In this document: positions 50,364-61,990 of the stretch, piece by piece | How positions within the stretch are numbered: position 1 is the first letter of the stretch | Layout of the letters: each line of letters opens with the position of its first letter | DNA from: Candidatus Latescibacterota bacterium | Lineage (GTDB): Bacteria > Latescibacterota > UBA2968 > GCA-2709665 | Assembly (NCBI GenBank): GCA_965208835.1 | Contig: OZ242358.1 | Location: 3,008,001 to 3,072,000 of the forward strand | Direction: 5' to 3' | Length of the DNA: 64,000 nucleotides | Made by a program: the position numbers and the translations under genes | Notes under the pieces: generated by a model | Told to the model about the DNA's origin: nothing | What the model saw: the letters and a program-made list of their open reading frames with translations, nothing else | Databases searched by the model: none

Positions 50364-52493
50364 ATGTCTCCCGATAACACACTCAAGAATCCTGTCCTGG
50401 CGTTTATCCTGATCTTCGTCGGATGTCAGCCTGACGAAGGGGTGACGGTTTCCGGCGCGGTCGCGAAACCGGGAACCTATCGGTACGTATCCGGTAAACC
50501 GGCGGCAGATTATCTGGGAGATGCCGGAGGCGCAACGGAGGAGGCTCTGCTGGACGAAGCCTTTGTGTCGCGCGCGCAGCCGGACAGGTCGGCAACAGAA
50601 ACCGAAGACATCACAATTCCACTGTACGAAAACCCCGAGGTATCGGCCGGAGACGAGATCCGGATTCCCGCCCGCATCTATGACGTACGACTTGACACCG
50701 TCCGTCTCGTGCAAGACGTCCGGCTGGTCGACAGGAATCGAATCTATCGAATCCCCAGGGGGGCGCTGGTGACCGGGTGGACGGAACGTGGCGTGCAGCT
50801 GGCGCTGATGCTGGGACGCGGCAAGATATACGAGAGTCCCGATACGGCGAAGGCCGTTTCGGCCTTTCACTATCTGTACATCCATCTGCACCCCGGCGAA
50901 TACCCCCGCCTGGCGCGATATACTGGTGCAGTGGTGGACAGCCTGGAAGCACTCGAGGACGCCGACACGATCCAAAGAAGCGTTATTCACTCTCTGAAAT
51001 ATCTGCGTGACGACGGCCTGCAGCTTCCGCCTGTTGGCTATTGGCGGGTGATAAAGGGCGTATTCCTGGCCCCCAGGAGCGCGTCGCGTCCCGGGGGCGG
51101 CATGCGCCGGCGCCGCTTCGACGACGGACGAATATGGACGACGTTTCCGGACGGCCGGCAGCGTTGGCAGTATCGCGACGGGCGGGTCAGCGTGGAATTT
51201 CCGAAAGGCTCCAGCGAAGACCGTTTTCCCGATGGACGGGTCGTGTATACCGACCGGCGTAAGAACCAGCGAATCACCTATCCCGATGGCCGCCGCGAGT
51301 GGCGGATGGCGACAGGAACGCAGGTACATCAGGGGGCGGACGGACGGGTTGTCGAGCAAAACCTGGATGGCGTGCTGGTTCAGCAGTTGCCGGACGGCAC
51401 GACCCTGGGGGTCCCTCCCAACCGACAGGTGGAAATGCGCGAAACCGAGGGCCGTTCAGCTGTTCCCGGCCCCCTGGCGGGACACACCCCTTCAGGAAGC
51501 GGATCCGACGACGCCACGGCGGCCGGTTCACACGTGGCGCCACCAGGGAACGCCGCATTGACCTCTGACGGCACTCCGGCGGCGCGCGGTCAGGGTTCCC
51601 TGCTGATCGTCCCGTCCGACAAGGGTGCGTCGGTTAATGTAACGGGCGGGACGTATCCCGACGGACGGCTGGTGGAGACCGGTCCGTCCGGCCAGACGTT
51701 CACCTCCTGGCCGGACGGAAGATTGGAAGTCCGGATGCCCCCCGCGTACGGGTATCCGGGCCGCCTGAGAACGGATCTCGCAACGGTCGACCCGCTTCCG
51801 GAGGCGGTTGCCGTCGGCGAGGAGCTGACCGTCTCGGGGCAGGTCCACGGCGAGGTTGAAGATGTAAACGTGACGGGTTTTCTCGTGCCCGACGGCGACG
51901 CGATCGAAGGCGACGTGGTCAGGCGGGGAGGGCGGTTTCATGCGCGGTTCCGGTTCGGCGAGGCAGGGCATTGCCGCGTACAGGTTCAGGTTGTATTGCC
52001 CGAAGCGCGTACGTATACCGCTTCCCACCAGTCGGTGGTTGTCGGCAATCCCGGCAGGCTGGAAGACGAGGTGCTTGCCATTGTCCCGTATCCGGGGGAC
52101 GAGGCCGCCCAGCTTTTTCTGATCGATCGAATCAACGCGGCCCGGAAACGGATTCGCCGTGGTTCGGTTTTTCCACATCCCGAGTTGATGCACGTGGCGC
52201 GCATCCGGCTTGAAGAGATGCTTGCCATGGGTTTTGTATCCCATTTTTCCATGACGGGCCTGGACGCGGGATGGCATACCGACTACCGGCGGTTGCCCTT
52301 TCGCGCTGTGGGTGAAAATGTGGCGAGAACGCGTTTTGTCGAAACAATGCACGCCGGCTGGATGCTGAGCGCGGGGCACCGCGCGAATATCCTGGCGAAG
52401 CGCTGGACGCACGTGGGGGTGGCGGTTGCGGAAGTGGAGGGATCGGTCTGGGGCGTTCAGGTGTTCGGACAGGTTGTCGACCGGGACCCTTAA
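50364..52493 (+). CDS. Lipoprotein with SLBB domain, xPDG beta-hairpin repeats and C-terminal CAP domain
   Basis: FVGC lipobox; VSGAVAKPGTY...AGG (SLBB); about 10 FPDGR/YPDGR-type units; GENVA...WMLSAGHRANIL (CAP). Confidence 0.75.
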   Translation: MSPDNTLKNPVLAFILIFVGCQPDEGVTVSGAVAKPGTYRYVSGKPAADYLGDAGGATEEALLDEAFVSRAQPDRSATETEDITIPLYENPEVSAGDEIRIPARIYDVRLDTVRLVQDVRLVDRNRIYRIPRGALVTGWTERGVQLALMLGRGKIYESPDTAKAVSAFHYLYIHLHPGEYPRLARYTGAVVDSLEALEDADTIQRSVIHSLKYLRDDGLQLPPVGYWRVIKGVFLAPRSASRPGGGMRRRRFDDGRIWTTFPDGRQRWQYRDGRVSVEFPKGSSEDRFPDGRVVYTDRRKNQRITYPDGRREWRMATGTQVHQGADGRVVEQNLDGVLVQQLPDGTTLGVPPNRQVEMRETEGRSAVPGPLAGHTPSGSGSDDATAAGSHVAPPGNAALTSDGTPAARGQGSLLIVPSDKGASVNVTGGTYPDGRLVETGPSGQTFTSWPDGRLEVRMPPAYGYPGRLRTDLATVDPLPEAVAVGEELTVSGQVHGEVEDVNVTGFLVPDGDAIEGDVVRRGGRFHARFRFGEAGHCRVQVQVVLPEARTYTASHQSVVVGNPGRLEDEVLAIVPYPGDEAAQLFLIDRINAARKRIRRGSVFPHPELMHVARIRLEEMLAMGFVSHFSMTGLDAGWHTDYRRLPFRAVGENVARTRFVETMHAGWMLSAGHRANILAKRWTHVGVAVAEVEGSVWGVQVFGQVVDRDP

Positions 52494-52545
52494 CAGCCCG
52501 TTGAAAAAGTCCATCCGGTATAAAATAAAAGCCGGAAGAAAATAC

Positions 52546-52572
52546 TTGACAAAACAGACATATGTCTGTTTT
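52546..52572 (+). promoter_or_regulatory. imuA promoter with perfect 22-bp palindromic operator
   Basis: TTGACA overlapping the start of AAAACAGACATATGTCTGTTTT. Confidence 0.7.
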
Positions 52573-52601
52573 TTTGTTTATGAACATTTCTTCAGGGGCA
52601 T

Positions 52602-53303
52602 GTGGAACCGTTTTCACCCCCGGGAAAGGTCATCCAGGTGCGGGACGTATCGAGCAATATCACACGGGAACGCTTTTTAGCCTTGCAGGACAGCGGGTTA
52701 CAGCGCCTCCGGGCCGATCTGAACAGGATCAGGGTCCGAACGAAAACGCCACGCTGGTCGCTGGCGCATCTGGCCGGGCGCCTCTGCGAACTCTCCTCCA
52801 GTTCAGGAGCCGGTCTGCTCACGGCTGCCTTCCGGCTGGTGCTGGATGCGCAGCTCGGGCATGAACCGGTGGCCTGGATCACGGCCACGCCGGATACCTT
52901 CTTCGCCCCCGATGCCGCCGAAAACGGTGTGGACCTGAATGCCCTCGTCGTCATCCACGTGCCCGATGCGCAGTCCGCGGCGCGTTCGGCGGACCGGCTC
53001 CTGAGGTCGGGCGCCTTCGGCCTGATGGTGATGGACCTGCACGCCGATCCCGCAATTCCGTTTCCGCTGCAGGCGCGCATGGCCCACCTGGCGCGGGCCC
53101 ACGACACCGCCCTGCTCTGCCTGACCTCAAAAGCCAGGGAGACGCCTTCACTGGGACCGATGGTCTGTCTGCGAGGGCAATCCTCATGCCGGCGCCTGGG
53201 GGTCGACCGCTTCCAGTACGACATCGAAATTCTGAAGGACAGACGCCATGGACCGGGTTGGCGCCACACCGAAATCTGCCGCGGGCCGGACGGCCTGCAT
53301 TAA
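52602..53303 (+). CDS. imuA: ImuA (RecA-like) mutasome accessory protein
   Basis: GRLCEL, FFAPDAAENGVDL, LLRSGAFGL..MD; degenerate Walker A; first gene of the cassette. Confidence 0.8.
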   Translation: MEPFSPPGKVIQVRDVSSNITRERFLALQDSGLQRLRADLNRIRVRTKTPRWSLAHLAGRLCELSSSSGAGLLTAAFRLVLDAQLGHEPVAWITATPDTFFAPDAAENGVDLNALVVIHVPDAQSAARSADRLLRSGAFGLMVMDLHADPAIPFPLQARMAHLARAHDTALLCLTSKARETPSLGPMVCLRGQSSCRRLGVDRFQYDIEILKDRRHGPGWRHTEICRGPDGLH

Positions 53304-54750
53304 TATCCGGGCGCTGCCGCTGCAACTCCTGCTGAGGAGACACCCGGAGTGGAAGCGAAGGCCGGTCGCGGTGGTGGAAAAAGAGAATCCCCAGAGTCCC
53401 ATCCTCTGGGTGAACTCAGCGGCCGGCCGGGCCGGCATCCGCACGGGTATGCGCTATGCCTCGGCCCTTTCGCTGGACCAGAACCTGTGCGCGGGAACGG
53501 TTTCCGAGAGGGAAATTCAGGCTGCGGTGCGGCAGGTCCACCGGCTTCTGGACCGTTTCAGCCCCCGGATCGAGCCCTCCGACGACGAGCCCGGGATTTT
53601 CTGGGTCGATGCCAGCGGGCTCGACAGGCTCCATACCTCTCTTGAAGACTGGGCCAGGCAGATCGACGCCCGCCTCTCCAGGCTGGCGTTAAAGGCCGGC
53701 ATCGTCGTCGGCTTCAGCCGTTTCGGCAGCTATGCCGTCGCCAGGTCGGTAAGCCGGTTGACCGTACTCCCTTCCCCGGAGGTCGAGCAGACGGAAAGCC
53801 GCATGGTGCGACTGCTGCATCTGCAGATCGATCCGAAGCTGCGCGACCGGCTCGAAAAGCTGGCGGTCCATACCGTGAACGACTTCCTGGCGCTTCCCGC
53901 GGGCGGCATTGCGCATCACCTCGGCGAGCAGGCCTGGAGCCTCTACCGTTTTGCGTCGGGAACGCTGTCGCTGCCGATTCAATCCCGAAAGATCCCCGAG
54001 CCCCTCCGCGTCCGGATAGACCTTGACGAGCCCGAATCCAATGCACAGAGACTCCTGTTCTGGATCCGCCAACGGCTGGGTCCTCTGTTGCGGGCAACGG
54101 CGGCACGGTGCCAGGCGGTGGCGGCCCTGCATCTGCAACTGCTGCTTGAAGACGGAGAGCGCCATCGCCAGCGCATCCAGCCGGCAAGGCCGACCCTGGA
54201 GGCGCCGGTCCTGCTGGATCTGCTCCGTTTGCACCTGGAAACGGTCTCTTTCCGTACTCCCCCGGTGGAACTGGCCCTCGAGGCGGAGGGCGTGTACGTC
54301 TCCGCCGAAACACTGGACCTGCTGCAGCAGAACCCACGCCGCAATCTTGAGGCGGCCCTGGATGCCCTGGCCCGGGTTCGCGCCGAGTTCGGCCCTGATT
54401 CCGTGCTGTCGGCCCGGCTCAAACCGGGGCACCTGCCCGAAGCCCGTTTCGAGTGGCAGCCCTTCGGGAAGCTTGCCGTCGCCAGTCCCCAACCGGTCCC
54501 CCTGCGCCCCCTGGTGCGGCGCGTCCACGCCTGCCCCGAACACCTGGAAGGGGCTTCCCTTTACCACGCGAAAAACCGGAAGCCGCTTCCGGGCGCGGGG
54601 CATCCGCCGGGACATGCGATCAGTGGCGGATGGTGGCATCGGGAGGTCCGGAGAGACTACCGGTTCGTCACGACCCGCCGGGGGGAGCGCCTCTGGATCT
54701 ATTACGACGAACAAGCGCGTCGCTGGTACGCCCAGGGCCGGGTCGAATGA
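53248..54750 (+). CDS. imuB: ImuB (inactive Y-family polymerase)
   Basis: RPVAVV...AGIRTGM, FSPRIEP, C-terminal SGGWW..EVRRDY...LWIYYD. Confidence 0.88.
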   Translation: MDRVGATPKSAAGRTACINIRALPLQLLLRRHPEWKRRPVAVVEKENPQSPILWVNSAAGRAGIRTGMRYASALSLDQNLCAGTVSEREIQAAVRQVHRLLDRFSPRIEPSDDEPGIFWVDASGLDRLHTSLEDWARQIDARLSRLALKAGIVVGFSRFGSYAVARSVSRLTVLPSPEVEQTESRMVRLLHLQIDPKLRDRLEKLAVHTVNDFLALPAGGIAHHLGEQAWSLYRFASGTLSLPIQSRKIPEPLRVRIDLDEPESNAQRLLFWIRQRLGPLLRATAARCQAVAALHLQLLLEDGERHRQRIQPARPTLEAPVLLDLLRLHLETVSFRTPPVELALEAEGVYVSAETLDLLQQNPRRNLEAALDALARVRAEFGPDSVLSARLKPGHLPEARFEWQPFGKLAVASPQPVPLRPLVRRVHACPEHLEGASLYHAKNRKPLPGAGHPPGHAISGGWWHREVRRDYRFVTTRRGERLWIYYDEQARRWYAQGRVE

Positions 54751-57700
54751 CCGCCGCCGCCGCCCCCAATCCGCCCTACGTCCCCCTCTGGTGCAAGAGC
54801 AACTATTCCTTTCTGGAAGGCGCCAGCCATCCGGAGGAACTGGTCGAGGCCTGCCGGCGGAACGGCCTTCCGGCCATGGCGCTTACCGACCGGAACGGCG
54901 TGTACGGAATCGTCAGGGCTCACGTTCAGGCCCGGCAGGCGGGCATACACCTGATCCCAGGGTCGCAGATCGGCCTCCGGGACGGATCGGAAATCCTGTT
55001 GCTGGCCCAGAACCGGAAGGGCTACGGCAATCTCTGCAGCCTGCTGACCGACGGGCATCTGCGTTCCTCCAAGGGAACGTGTGCGCCCGGCCTGGATGAA
55101 GTGTGTGGCCGCAATCCAGGTCTGATCGCCCTGTGGATCGGCCGGGCCGGGCCGGAAGCTCCCGCGGAGGGCGGCCCGGAGCCCGTGCTGGAACAACTCA
55201 AAACGGCATTCGGGGATCGCCTGTACATCCTGTTGGCCAGACACCGCCGGGCGGAGGAGATTCTGCGGGAAATCCGGCTCCGGGAACTGGCGGACCGGTT
55301 CGGCCTTCCCACCGTGGCCGCCGTGGAAGTCCTCTATCACACACCCGAACGGCGACGCCTGCAGGACGTCCTGACATGTATCCGGGAAGGCGTGACCCTG
55401 TCCACGGCCGGCCGGCACATCCGGCCGAACGACCGGCACGCCCTGACGCATCCGGATGACCTGGCCCGCCTCTTTATGGACGATCCGGAGTCGGTCGGGC
55501 GAACCCGGGAAATTGCCGACCGCTGTACCTTCTCGCTCCAGGAACTGCGCTACCGCTATCCGCTTGAACGCGTGCCGGAGGGCAAGACTTCCATCCAGTA
55601 CCTGCACGACCGGACGTTCGAGGGCGCCGCGCGCCGGATGGGCGAAAAGTTCCGGGACCAGATTCCACAACTGGAGAAGGAACTCGAACTGATCCAGGAA
55701 CTGGAGTACGAAGGCTACTTCCTGACCATGTACGAAATCGTCGAGTACTGCCGCCGTCAAAATATCCTCTGCCAGGGCCGGGGGTCGGCCGCCAACTCGG
55801 CGGTCTGTTTCGCCCTGGGGATCACCAGCGTGGACCCGACCCAGGTGGAACTTCTCTTCGAACGCTTTCTGTCCAGGGAAAGGGCCGAGCCGCCGGATAT
55901 CGACCTGGATATCGAACACAACCGGAGAGAAGAAGTGATCCAGCACATGTACGAAAAATACGGACGCGACCGCGCCGCCATGGTGGCCAACGTGGTGCGT
56001 TACCGCTACCGGTCCGCCATCCGTGAAGTGGGCAAGGCGCTGGAGATTTCAGCAACCAGCCTGGACCGCCTGGCCAAGCTGGTGTCCCATGAAAGCTGGA
56101 GCGACGCCTTCATCGCGCAGGCCGGGCTGGACCCGCAAAACCCGGCCCTGCGCCATCTCACTTCCCTGGTGGGAGAGATCCAGGATTTTCCCCGCCACCT
56201 CTCCATACATCCCGGCGGTTTTCTGCTGGGCCATCGTCCCGTCCACGAACTGGTGCCCATCGAGAACGCCACGATGGACGGCAGAACGGTCATTCAATGG
56301 GACAAGGAGGACGTGGAGCAGGCCGGCCTGTTCAAGGTCGACCTGCTGGGGTTGGGCGCCCTCACCCATCTGCATCTCTGCTTCGATCTCATGCGGCGGC
56401 ACCGCGGGCGGGACATGTCTCTGGCCACCCTCCCCCGGGCCGATGCGGCGACCTTCGAAATGATCTGCCGCAGCGATACCGTGGGGGTGTTTCAGATCGA
56501 AAGCCGGGCGCAGATGGCCATGCTGGGGCGCCTCAAGCCGCGCAGTTATTACGACCTGGTGATCGAAATCAGCATTGTGCGCCCCGGACCCATCACGGGC
56601 GGCATGGTGCATCCCTATCTGCGACGGCGCAACGGGGACGAGGAAGTCGAATATCCCCACCCTTCCCTCGTTCCCGTTCTCAGGAAAACCCTGGGCATTC
56701 CCCTGTTTCAGGAACAGGTGATGCAGCTGGCCATGGTTGCGGCCGACTACACCCCCGGCGAGGCCGATCAGCTCCGGCGGGACATGGCGGCGTGGCGGCG
56801 TTCCGGTCGCATCGAGCGGCACCACCACCGCCTCGTCACCCGCATGGTCAAAAAGGGCATTGAACGCGAATTCGCCGAACGCATCTTCAACCAGATCCGC
56901 GGCTTCGGCGACTACGGCTTTCCCGAGAGTCACGCCGCCAGCTTTGCCCATATCGCCTATGCCACCGCCTATCTCAAATGCCACTATCCGGCGGAGTTCG
57001 TCTGCGCCCTGCTGAATGCCCAGCCCATGGGGTTTTACGAGCCCGACACCATCGTCAACGACGCCCGCAGGCACGGCGTCGCCGTGCGGCCCGTCTGCAT
57101 ACGTGAAAGCGACTGGGACTGCACCCTCGAGCCGGCCTCATCCCGCACGTCGGCCGCTCCGTTCGCCGTGCGCATGGGGCTGCGTTACGTCAGCGGACTG
57201 GGCGAAGCGGACGGACGCCGGCTTTCGGACGCCGCGAGGAAGCGCCCTTTTCAGGACCTCGAAGACATTGCCCGGCGCGGCGGGCTTCGCCAGGACAAGC
57301 TGGAGACCCTGGCCGAGGCGGGCGCCTTCGAGTGTTTCGACCTGGACCGGCGCGGCGCGCTCTGGCAGGTCCACGGTATCGCAACCCCGGAGGCGCCGGC
57401 GCTGCCGATGAACAACCACGTTTCGCCGCCCCGGTTTCCTCCCCTGAGCGGGTTGGAGACCGTTGCCTGGGACCATCAGGCCGCCGACCACAGCACGCGG
57501 GGACACCTCCTGAAACCGCTGCGCTCCCAGCTGGCCGCCCGCAAACTGCCCACGGCGCGCCAGATCAACCGGATGCAGGACGGACGCCGGGTTCGCTACG
57601 CGGGGATGGTCATCTGCCGCCAGCGCCCGGGAACCGCTAAAGGCGTTACCTTCATGACCCTGGAGGATGAAACGGGGTTTGTGAACCTGGTGATCTGGGA

Positions 57701-57866
57701 AAGGACGTTCAAGCGCTATTCCCTGCTGGCCAAAACGCTTTCCTGCATGGGCGTAACCGGAAAACTGCAGGTGGGAGAGGGCGTCACCCACCTGGTGGTT
57801 GAAAAAATCTGGAAGCCGAAGCTGGATACCGGAGCAGCCCGCCACAAGAGCCGGGATTTTCATTGA
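54747..57866 (+). CDS. dnaE2: Error-prone DNA polymerase DnaE2
   Basis: [38 protein letters not shown]-terminal SRDFH. Confidence 0.96.
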   Translation: MTAAAAPNPPYVPLWCKSNYSFLEGASHPEELVEACRRNGLPAMALTDRNGVYGIVRAHVQARQAGIHLIPGSQIGLRDGSEILLLAQNRKGYGNLCSLLTDGHLRSSKGTCAPGLDEVCGRNPGLIALWIGRAGPEAPAEGGPEPVLEQLKTAFGDRLYILLARHRRAEEILREIRLRELADRFGLPTVAAVEVLYHTPERRRLQDVLTCIREGVTLSTAGRHIRPNDRHALTHPDDLARLFMDDPESVGRTREIADRCTFSLQELRYRYPLERVPEGKTSIQYLHDRTFEGAARRMGEKFRDQIPQLEKELELIQELEYEGYFLTMYEIVEYCRRQNILCQGRGSAANSAVCFALGITSVDPTQVELLFERFLSRERAEPPDIDLDIEHNRREEVIQHMYEKYGRDRAAMVANVVRYRYRSAIREVGKALEISATSLDRLAKLVSHESWSDAFIAQAGLDPQNPALRHLTSLVGEIQDFPRHLSIHPGGFLLGHRPVHELVPIENATMDGRTVIQWDKEDVEQAGLFKVDLLGLGALTHLHLCFDLMRRHRGRDMSLATLPRADAATFEMICRSDTVGVFQIESRAQMAMLGRLKPRSYYDLVIEISIVRPGPITGGMVHPYLRRRNGDEEVEYPHPSLVPVLRKTLGIPLFQEQVMQLAMVAADYTPGEADQLRRDMAAWRRSGRIERHHHRLVTRMVKKGIEREFAERIFNQIRGFGDYGFPESHAASFAHIAYATAYLKCHYPAEFVCALLNAQPMGFYEPDTIVNDARRHGVAVRPVCIRESDWDCTLEPASSRTSAAPFAVRMGLRYVSGLGEADGRRLSDAARKRPFQDLEDIARRGGLRQDKLETLAEAGAFECFDLDRRGALWQVHGIATPEAPALPMNNHVSPPRFPPLSGLETVAWDHQAADHSTRGHLLKPLRSQLAARKLPTARQINRMQDGRRVRYAGMVICRQRPGTAKGVTFMTLEDETGFVNLVIWERTFKRYSLLAKTLSCMGVTGKLQVGEGVTHLVVEKIWKPKLDTGAARHKSRDFH

Positions 57867-58239
57867 TCCACCGCGCACCACCAACGAAGAATTCACCACT
57901 GATCAAATATGAAGCTGGAAGAAAAAAATTGCTTCCAATTCGAAGATATACTAAAATGGGTACACAACAACGGAGAGAAGACATTCCCTACGCCACCATA
58001 AACCTCGTCGGCAAAGCCCGACACATTTCGCGCGGCATTACCAACATACTAACGAACCCGTCAAATGCCTCCGCACCAACGGATTTAAAGAAACTGTAAC
58101 CGTGACTCAATGCCAAAAACACGCCGAATGTGAAAGAAACAAAGTTGCCAATAACTCAATTGACCCACCAATCGCAATAGATAGTCAAGGCCAATTCGCG
58201 CAAACCACCGGTAACCTAAAGACGCAAGATGCTAACCCA

Positions 58240-59094
58240 ATGCAACTAGAAATGCCAATAACCAAGAAGGAAAACACTGAGCAAGTGCCGATTGCTTTGG
58301 GAGAATTCAACACTCAAAGCATCTATCTTGGGAACTTTCTCGAAATGTCAGCTTCATTGCCAGATCAAAGCGTCGACATAATTATCGCAGATCCGCCTTA
58401 CAATGCTAGCAAAGGCGGAATGTGGTCGATGAAATACGGGACACTACCGGGTTTTGGCGGTACTTGGCAGAAAATATCCCAAGTTTGGGATACCATGACA
58501 TTAGATGAGTATCTTGCCTTCACCCTCGGGTGGCTTTCCCAAGCCAAACGAATCCTTAAACAAACTGGATCAATGTGGGTACATGGAACCTATCACAACG
58601 CAGGAATAATAAATGTAGCAATGCAGATGCTCCGAATCGAAATTATAAATGAGATCGTCTGGTTCAAGCGTAACAGCTTTCCAAATCTCTCTGGCCGTAG
58701 GCTGACCGCGAGCCACGAAACGGTGCTTTGGGCGCACCGTGGAGGGAAGCGCTCTTACCGTTTCAACTACGAATATTCGAAGTCGGGAGATTTCTCGGAT
58801 GACCAATTGAAAATCCCAAAGAAGCAAATGCGAACAGTTTGGGATCTGCCGAATAACAAACCCCGCCGTGAGTTGGCCTTTGGAAAACATCCAGCACAAA
58901 AGCCAGTCCGCTTAGCGCGCAGATTCATCCAACTCTCCGCTCTCCCTGGTGATGTGTGTCTTGTTCCATTTGCCGGCTCCGGCAGCGAATGTGTGGCGGC
59001 AAAACAGCAAGGATTGCACTATATAGGATTTGAGATCAACCTCGAATACGTCGAACTGGCAACAAAGAGACTGAACTCCGGAGGCAAGCAATGA
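58240..59094 (+). CDS. Beta-class N4/N6 DNA methyltransferase
   Basis: IIADPPY before HPAQKP and PFAGSGS; start uncertain (ORF open from 58102). Confidence 0.92.
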   Translation: MQLEMPITKKENTEQVPIALGEFNTQSIYLGNFLEMSASLPDQSVDIIIADPPYNASKGGMWSMKYGTLPGFGGTWQKISQVWDTMTLDEYLAFTLGWLSQAKRILKQTGSMWVHGTYHNAGIINVAMQMLRIEIINEIVWFKRNSFPNLSGRRLTASHETVLWAHRGGKRSYRFNYEYSKSGDFSDDQLKIPKKQMRTVWDLPNNKPRRELAFGKHPAQKPVRLARRFIQLSALPGDVCLVPFAGSGSECVAAKQQGLHYIGFEINLEYVELATKRLNSGGKQ

Positions 59095-59975
59095 TGGGGA
59101 CACCAGCATCGTTATTCGATTTTGAAAAAGTGCCGATACCTAAAAGGAGGAAAGTAATCCAATCTAAGCACGGAAATGTGCCGTCGCTAATTAAGTGGAC
59201 TGGTAGCAAACGTAGTCAAGCTGCGCGGATTCTTGCTTTTGTTCCGGCACATGGTAGGTACTTTGAACCATTCTTGGGTGGAGGAGCGCTGCTCTATTTC
59301 TTAGGAAACCGAGGTTCTGTGTGCGGGGATATTTTCCGCCCACTAATTGAACTTTGGATGCTTGCACGGGATGAGCCAGACCGGCTAATCGCCGATTACG
59401 AATCGCAATGGGAAGAATTACAGGCGAACCTTCCGGATTATTACTACATCGTGCGGAGACGTTTCAACGAACAGCATAGGCCCGAAGACCTTAACTTCCT
59501 AATGCGTACGTGTGTTAACGGAATAGTCCGCTTTAACAGAAGTGGTAAGTTCAACAACTCATTTCATCTTTCACGTAAGGGTATGCTACCAAGCCGCTAC
59601 GAGGGAATCGTACGCAATTGGTACACTCGGTTGCAGGGTATTGAGTTTCGAATCGCTGACTTCGAAGAAACGCTTTCCGATGCCAGGTCGGGAGATTTCG
59701 TATATCTAGATCCACCGTACCGAGGAAATAAGCAACGTTACATTGGAAACCTAGATTTCCATCGCTTTTGTGGGGTACTTGACAACATGAATCGACGAAA
59801 AGTTAAGTGGGCATTATCTTTTGACGGCTTCCGAGGCGATAGGACTTACGATCACGAAATTCCAACTGAAATCTATGGGAGGAGGATTAGACTTGACAGC
59901 GGATACAGTGCTGTGTCAAAAGTTCTCAATGGACCTGTAGAGATGGTGACAGAAAGCCTTTATCTCAACTATTGA
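59091..59975 (+). CDS. Dam/D12-class N6-adenine DNA methyltransferase
   Basis: KWTGSK, YFEPFLGGG, VYLDPPY. Confidence 0.93.
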   Translation: MMGTPASLFDFEKVPIPKRRKVIQSKHGNVPSLIKWTGSKRSQAARILAFVPAHGRYFEPFLGGGALLYFLGNRGSVCGDIFRPLIELWMLARDEPDRLIADYESQWEELQANLPDYYYIVRRRFNEQHRPEDLNFLMRTCVNGIVRFNRSGKFNNSFHLSRKGMLPSRYEGIVRNWYTRLQGIEFRIADFEETLSDARSGDFVYLDPPYRGNKQRYIGNLDFHRFCGVLDNMNRRKVKWALSFDGFRGDRTYDHEIPTEIYGRRIRLDSGYSAVSKVLNGPVEMVTESLYLNY

Positions 59976-61990
59976 CCTCAATTGCGATGAAATCCTCCCA
60001 CGCAGGCAGACGCGCGAGGTCACTTACCAACGCTTCGCCTGCTTCAGTATCCCCCCTCATATGGAGCGTACATCGTCTCCCATCTTGAAAAAAGTGCAAT
60101 GCCGATCTGGACATCGAGTGCGGAGTTTTCTGACAGACCTTTAAATGGTTCACGAGGGTCACAGAGAAAAGCGCCAGCAGAAACAAACACCGCCTTGGGA
60201 GGATTCCAAGTGTTTCGATAGATCGACCATGGCCTATCCTTATGTACGCGAAAGATGCTGGGGGCAGTCTTAAAGAGCACTTCAACATAGTTCGTCAAGC
60301 GTGGGCCAATGCCCTGCTCCAAAGAACCAGCCTTCTCCTTTGATTCGATACACAAACAGATAGTATTTTCGAAGTTCGTGAATACAGCGAAGACATGGTC
60401 TGGTCGTTTTGCACCTTGGGCTGACACCCTCGGTAACGTCAGCCAACGGTACTCTGGATCACCATTTGCCCACATAAACGATATACCTGACCAATCTCCA
60501 CCTGGTGGATTGCACATGCCTTCCAGGACTAGGTCCTCTCCGAGAGCTTCAAAGGCAACATGAAGCGCAGTGTCTACATCTTGCTCACCAAATTGGAAAA
60601 CCCTATCCTCGACGAAAAGCGGTATTGACTGATATTCTTGCACGGGGGCCCAATCGGACTTAAGATACGCCCGGGGAAAACTCGCTGGCTTTGTCGCGCT
60701 GTCGACGAGGATTGCGTCACTGACCGCGAAAATTGCTTCCCAAAGGCCATTGGCGTTCCCAAGGACAACAGGATTGCTATATAGGTTTCTCCAATGTGAT
60801 TCCGGTGCAGGACCGTAAACGAAAGTCATCAACTCAGAGTCTTCACCTGCCAACATGCGGGTCAGGTGCGGGAGTCCGCGATCTGGTCGCGCGTCGTCGC
60901 CGCGTGGTTTAAATCCCATCACCCAAGCAATTGCCAAGTGTTCTTCTTGATTCCCAAGCCAGCTTGTGAATTCATCACTCAAGTCGGGGTATAACTCACG
61001 CAGGCTTTCGCAAAAGCCCAATCTTTCGAATTTGGGCACAAATGATAGGGGAAGACTTGACGATGCGAGACCTAAACTCATCTTGGATCCCAATTCCATA
61101 AATAATCTGGCTGTGTCAGTTAACGCCTCGATATAGGCGGTTTTTTTCCAAGGAAGTTTCACATTTTCCAGAAGAAAATCAGGCAGATTTCGGCCTGCGC
61201 AAATGGCCCTATATGCCTTCCTCCATTGGTCAGCACTAAGTCCGTCATTTCTTCTTCTTGAATCTGCGAGCAACTCAACTAGCGTAACACACTTGTCTGC
61301 GAGAGCCTGATCCACTTGATCGGTACTTTCTCCAAGTATAGCAAGCTTCAAATACTCTAGAAAATCGTCATTACCGAATACCGTACTAAACGATGTTATC
61401 GTATCACCCGTAGCACCTGCGTTTGCGTTATAAACTGGTAGGCAGAGTGTACATTGGTACTCCGTAATTGCGATAAAGCTAAACGGTACGGCTGGATTTG
61501 GCATTCTCACCGCCTTCCTCTTGCGGTCTCCGCCCAGTTCAAATCCACCGAGTTCAGCGACGTAAAAATAGGGAATCTTCGCACTTGCAAATGAAAATGC
61601 TCTGCCGTGTCTTTGCCAAGCTTGATTGCCAGCCGGCAGAGCTCCGCAAAATTCGATCGCCGCGAAGGGTTTCTCTTCACCATCTTGAACCCTTGTCAAT
61701 ATCGCGTCTGCTGCTTCACGCAGCCTGCCACCTGACCGATGCATATATTCCACGATGTCTTGGCTCCAGCGACGCTCACCAAAACCCGGAAATAAACGAA
61801 AGCTCAATTCTCGATCCAAAAGCCGCACGAAATAGACTGGACACGTGACCGAAGAATCAGGTCCAATGATCTCGTCGACAAGATTGCCGAGACCTGAGAT
61901 TATGTAATTGAACGCACGGAGACACTCGACTATGTTGTCTCCGTGTATGTTAAATTCAGATACTTCGACAACATTGGCGCGGTTGTTCAT
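59965..61990 (-). CDS. BsmI/Mva1269I-like type IIS restriction endonuclease, apparent frameshift near the C-terminus
   Basis: IHGDNIVEC, IEFCGALPAGNQAWQR, GFKPRGDDARPDRG, GMCNPPGGDWSG, KRPDHV...IESKEK match motifs recalled from R.BsmI; ORF as given stops at 60044. Confidence 0.8.

Noticed and set aside
52491-52512. IS-end-like ACAGCCCGTTGAAAAAGT
   Set aside because: Single end; no partner repeat, target duplication or transposase
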